64,000 nt of DNA, from NCBI GenBank assembly GCA_947169405.1, contig CAMVPS010000003.1:23064-87063 (forward strand). The letters are read 5' to 3'. Positions 61,242 through 64,000 of this stretch are shown here, piece by piece. The notes under the pieces are model-generated. The model was not told where the DNA came from. It was given only the letters and a program-made list of their open reading frames with translations, and did not search any database. The DNA is from an uncultured Bacteroidales bacterium (GTDB lineage Bacteria; Bacteroidota; Bacteroidia; Bacteroidales; UBA932). Positions within the stretch are counted from its first letter, which is position 1. Each line of letters opens with the position of its first letter. The position numbers and the translations under genes were made by a program.

Positions 61242-62689
61242 CCGCCGCCTACCACTGGCTCTTCGTCCCCCTGACGTTGGGCCTGGCGTTCGTGATGGCC
61301 ATTATGGAGACCCTGTACGTTGTCAAGAAAGACAACTTCTGGCGCAAGACCGCCCAGTTCTGGATGAAGGTCTTCGCCATCAATTTCGCCGTGGGCATCG
61401 CCACCGGCATCATCCTCGAATTCGAGTTCGGCACGAACTGGAGCAACTATTCCTGGTTCGTGGGTGACATGTTCGGCGCCCCGCTCGCCATCGAGGGCAT
61501 CCTGGCCTTCTTTATGGAGGCGACCTTCTTCGCCGTGATGTTCTTCGGCTGGGACAAGGTCTCCAAGCGGTTCCACCTGGCGTCGACCTGGCTCACCGGC
61601 ATCGGCGCCACCATTTCCGCCTACTGGATCCTCGTCGCCAACGGCTGGATGCAGAACCCCGTGGGCACGACCTTCAATCCGGACACCGTCCGCAGCGAGA
61701 TGGCGTCGGCCCAGGCCTTCTGGGAGGTCGTGACGAACCCCGTGGCCGTGTCCAAGTTCTTCCACAGCATCTCCAGCGGCTGGGTCACCGGCGGCGTTTT
61801 CGTCGTCGCGGTGAGCGGCTGGTACCTGCTGAAGGGTCGCGAGAAGGAGTTCGCCCGGAAGAGCATGCTCATCGGCGCCATTGTGGGCCTCGTCGGCACC
61901 GGCACCGTGATGCTGTCCGGCGATTCCTCCGGCGTCCACGCGGCCAAGTACCAGCCGATGAAGCTGGCGGCGGCCGAGGGCCTCGAGAACGGCGGCCCGC
62001 GCGCCCCCTTCTCCATCGTCCCGGGCGTCGAAATCCCGGGGATGCTGTCCATCCTCGCCACCCACGACCTCGACGGCGTGGTCCCCGGCATCAACGACAT
62101 CCTGAACGGCTACACGGACAATGAAGGGAACGTCATCCCGTCCGTCGAGGAGAAGATGGAAAGCGGCCGCAAGGCGCTGGACGCCCTGGCCGCGTACCGG
62201 GAGCTCAAGGACGTCAACCCGCTGGCCGCCGAAGCGGCCCGGGCCATCCTGGACGAAAACGTCCAATACATGGGATACGGCTACCTGACGAGTCCCGAGG
62301 ACGTGATTCCGCCCGTTCCCGTCGTGTTCTGGGCCTTCCGCCTGATGATCGGCCTCGGAATGCTGATGGGCCTGCTGCTGGTTCTGGCGCTCATTTTCGC
62401 CTGGCGGGACACGCTGGAGAACAAGAACTGGTTCTTCTGGGCGGGCCTGGTCTGCATCCCGCTCGTGTTCATCTGCGGGCAGTGCGGCTGGATCGTCGCC
62501 GAGGTGGGCCGCCAGCCCTGGACCATCCAGGGCCTGCTGCCCGTGAACGTCGCCATCTCCAGCCTCAGCGCCGGCGCCGTGAAGACGACCTTCTTCCTGT
62601 TCCTCGCCATCTTCGCCCTTTTCCTGGCCATCGAGATCCGCATCATGCTGCGCGCCATCCGGAAAGGACCGCAAATCAAGGAGGGTTAG
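61202..62689 (+). CDS. cydA: Cytochrome bd ubiquinol oxidase subunit I
   Basis: RLQFAMT..YHWLFVP, EFEFGTNW, PLAIEG, QPMKLAAAEG, EVGRQPW. Confidence 0.97.
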   Translation: METVLWSRLQFAMTAAYHWLFVPLTLGLAFVMAIMETLYVVKKDNFWRKTAQFWMKVFAINFAVGIATGIILEFEFGTNWSNYSWFVGDMFGAPLAIEGILAFFMEATFFAVMFFGWDKVSKRFHLASTWLTGIGATISAYWILVANGWMQNPVGTTFNPDTVRSEMASAQAFWEVVTNPVAVSKFFHSISSGWVTGGVFVVAVSGWYLLKGREKEFARKSMLIGAIVGLVGTGTVMLSGDSSGVHAAKYQPMKLAAAEGLENGGPRAPFSIVPGVEIPGMLSILATHDLDGVVPGINDILNGYTDNEGNVIPSVEEKMESGRKALDALAAYRELKDVNPLAAEAARAILDENVQYMGYGYLTSPEDVIPPVPVVFWAFRLMIGLGMLMGLLLVLALIFAWRDTLENKNWFFWAGLVCIPLVFICGQCGWIVAEVGRQPWTIQGLLPVNVAISSLSAGAVKTTFFLFLAIFALFLAIEIRIMLRAIRKGPQIKEG

Positions 62690-62692
62690 ACC

Positions 62693-63832
62693 ATGACCTA
62701 TACGTTGCTGCAAAACTACTGGTGGATCCTCGTCGCCCTGCTGGGCGGTATCCTCGTGGCCCTGATGTTCGTCCAGGGCGCCAACATCCACCTCGTGAAC
62801 CGCAAGCTGGACGATGCCCAGAAACGGATGATCCTGAATGCGACAGGCCGCAAGTGGGAGCTCACTTTCACCACCCTCGTGACCTTCGGCGGGGCGTTCT
62901 TCGCCTCCTTCCCCCTGTTCTACAGCACCAGCTTCGGCGGCGCCTACTGGGTGTGGATGCTGCTCCTGGTGACCTTCGTCTTCCAGGCGGTCTCCTACGA
63001 GTTCTACGCCAAGAAAGGCAACCTGCTGGGTGTGAATGCCTTCCGTGGCGCCCTGATGGCGAACGGCGTCCTGGCCCCGTTCCTGGTGGGCACGGCCGTG
63101 GGCACCTTCTTCACGGGCTCCGGATTCACCGTGGACAAGACCGCCATCGCGGACCCGTCCGCCCCCATCATCAGCACCTGGGACAGCGCCTGGCACGGCC
63201 TGGAGGCCCTGGCGCACCCCCACGCGGTGATCCTGGGCCTGACCCTGGTCGCCCTGGCCTACCTGCTGGGCGCCCTGTACCTCCTGAGCCGCGTCAACGA
63301 CCCCGGTGTCCGGAAGGAAATGTACGAGGCCATCCACCGCGTCTTCTTCCCGTTCGTGGCCCTGCTCGTGGCCTGGGTGGTCCTCCTGCTCTTCCGCAAG
63401 GGCTACGCGGTGGAAGTCGATGGCACCGTCGCCCTGGAGCGCGGCAAATACTTCGCGAACCTGCTGGCGATGCCCGTCGTGCTGGGGATGTTCGCCGTGG
63501 GCGTGGTCCTGGTCCTCATCGGCCTCATCCGCGGCGGTTTCTCCCACGAGCTGGACGGCTTCTGGTACGCCGCCCCGGGCACCGTTCTCGTGGTGATGGC
63601 CATCTTCTTCGTGGCCGGCTTCAACAATACGGCCTACTACCCGTCCTATTCGGACCTCCAGAGCTCCCTGACCATCCGGAACAGCTCCTCCAGCTTTTTC
63701 ACCCTGCAGGTGATGTCCTATGTGTCGCTTCTCATCCCGTTCGTCGTGGCCTACATCGCCGTCGCCTGGCGGGCGATGGACAGGCACAAGATCACGAAGG
63801 ACGAGCTGGAGCAGACGAAACACAAGTATTAG
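62693..63832 (+). CDS. cydB: Cytochrome bd ubiquinol oxidase subunit II
   Basis: GRKWELTFTTLVTFGGAFFASFP, SLTIRNSSSS; follows cydA. Confidence 0.95.
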   Translation: MTYTLLQNYWWILVALLGGILVALMFVQGANIHLVNRKLDDAQKRMILNATGRKWELTFTTLVTFGGAFFASFPLFYSTSFGGAYWVWMLLLVTFVFQAVSYEFYAKKGNLLGVNAFRGALMANGVLAPFLVGTAVGTFFTGSGFTVDKTAIADPSAPIISTWDSAWHGLEALAHPHAVILGLTLVALAYLLGALYLLSRVNDPGVRKEMYEAIHRVFFPFVALLVAWVVLLLFRKGYAVEVDGTVALERGKYFANLLAMPVVLGMFAVGVVLVLIGLIRGGFSHELDGFWYAAPGTVLVVMAIFFVAGFNNTAYYPSYSDLQSSLTIRNSSSSFFTLQVMSYVSLLIPFVVAYIAVAWRAMDRHKITKDELEQTKHKY

Positions 63833-63850
63833 TCCCCGCGACATACGCAT

Positions 63851-63880
63851 AAAAAACGGGCGGCCCCGAGGGGTCGCCCG
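63851..63880. terminator. Terminator hairpin between cydB and the convergent gene
   Basis: aaaaaa-cgggcggcccc / ggggtcgcccg. Confidence 0.7.
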
Positions 63881-63904
63881 AATTCGTAGTCGGGGAAGAG
63901 GTCC

Positions 63905-64000
63905 TTACTTGATCGCCCACCACAGCGGGGTGATGGTGTTCTCGTTGGTCATGCCCATCAGGGAGAGCGCGTTCTTGTACTGCTCCGGGCTGGCGTTCTT
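63905..64000 (-). CDS. C-terminal fragment of a gene running off the window, possibly SusD-like
   Basis: Reads KNASPEQYKNALSLMGMTNENTITPLWWAIK*; a terminal LWW is typical of some SusD-like proteins. Confidence 0.5.
   Translation of the reverse strand, partial: KNASPEQYKNALSLMGMTNENTITPLWWAIK

Overview
High-GC Bacteroidales chromosome segment, inferred from the SusC/SusD pairs, Bacteroidetes TAnnTTTG -7 promoters and the lptE-hyp-secG block. From left to right: glycan/hydrolase genes (CLec-like repeat protein, GH18, GH97, esterase; 1-7.6 kb) and small accessory genes. A lower-GC defence-like region follows (about 13-24 kb: Fic, membrane-anchored UvrD/HelD, HTH fusion, McrBC, PUA/EVE-like protein, orphan RelB). 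Its 8-kb core is bracketed by two inverted, nearly identical ~156-bp fold-back elements. Next come a tandem susC-susD-susC-susD PUL with two repeat-containing surface lipoproteins and a GH9 (24.6-40.2 kb), and a decayed islet at the 3' end of tRNA-Ser(GCT) carrying a leukocidin-like lipoprotein and an integrase remnant. The rest is housekeeping genes (lptE, secG, N-domain-less clpB, fabG, ahcY, comF, P1B ATPase, dtd, cydAB). The most striking signal is repeat biology. A RAYT-like HUH Y1 nuclease gene (55321-56232) is flanked by doublets of a 50-bp hairpin with a fixed-length 14-nt variable loop, and the same doublets occur at 54.0 kb and 9.7 kb. Two other REP-like families lie both between genes and in-frame inside comF and the metal ATPase, where they are translated. 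All product calls are from motif recognition by eye; no database searches were run.
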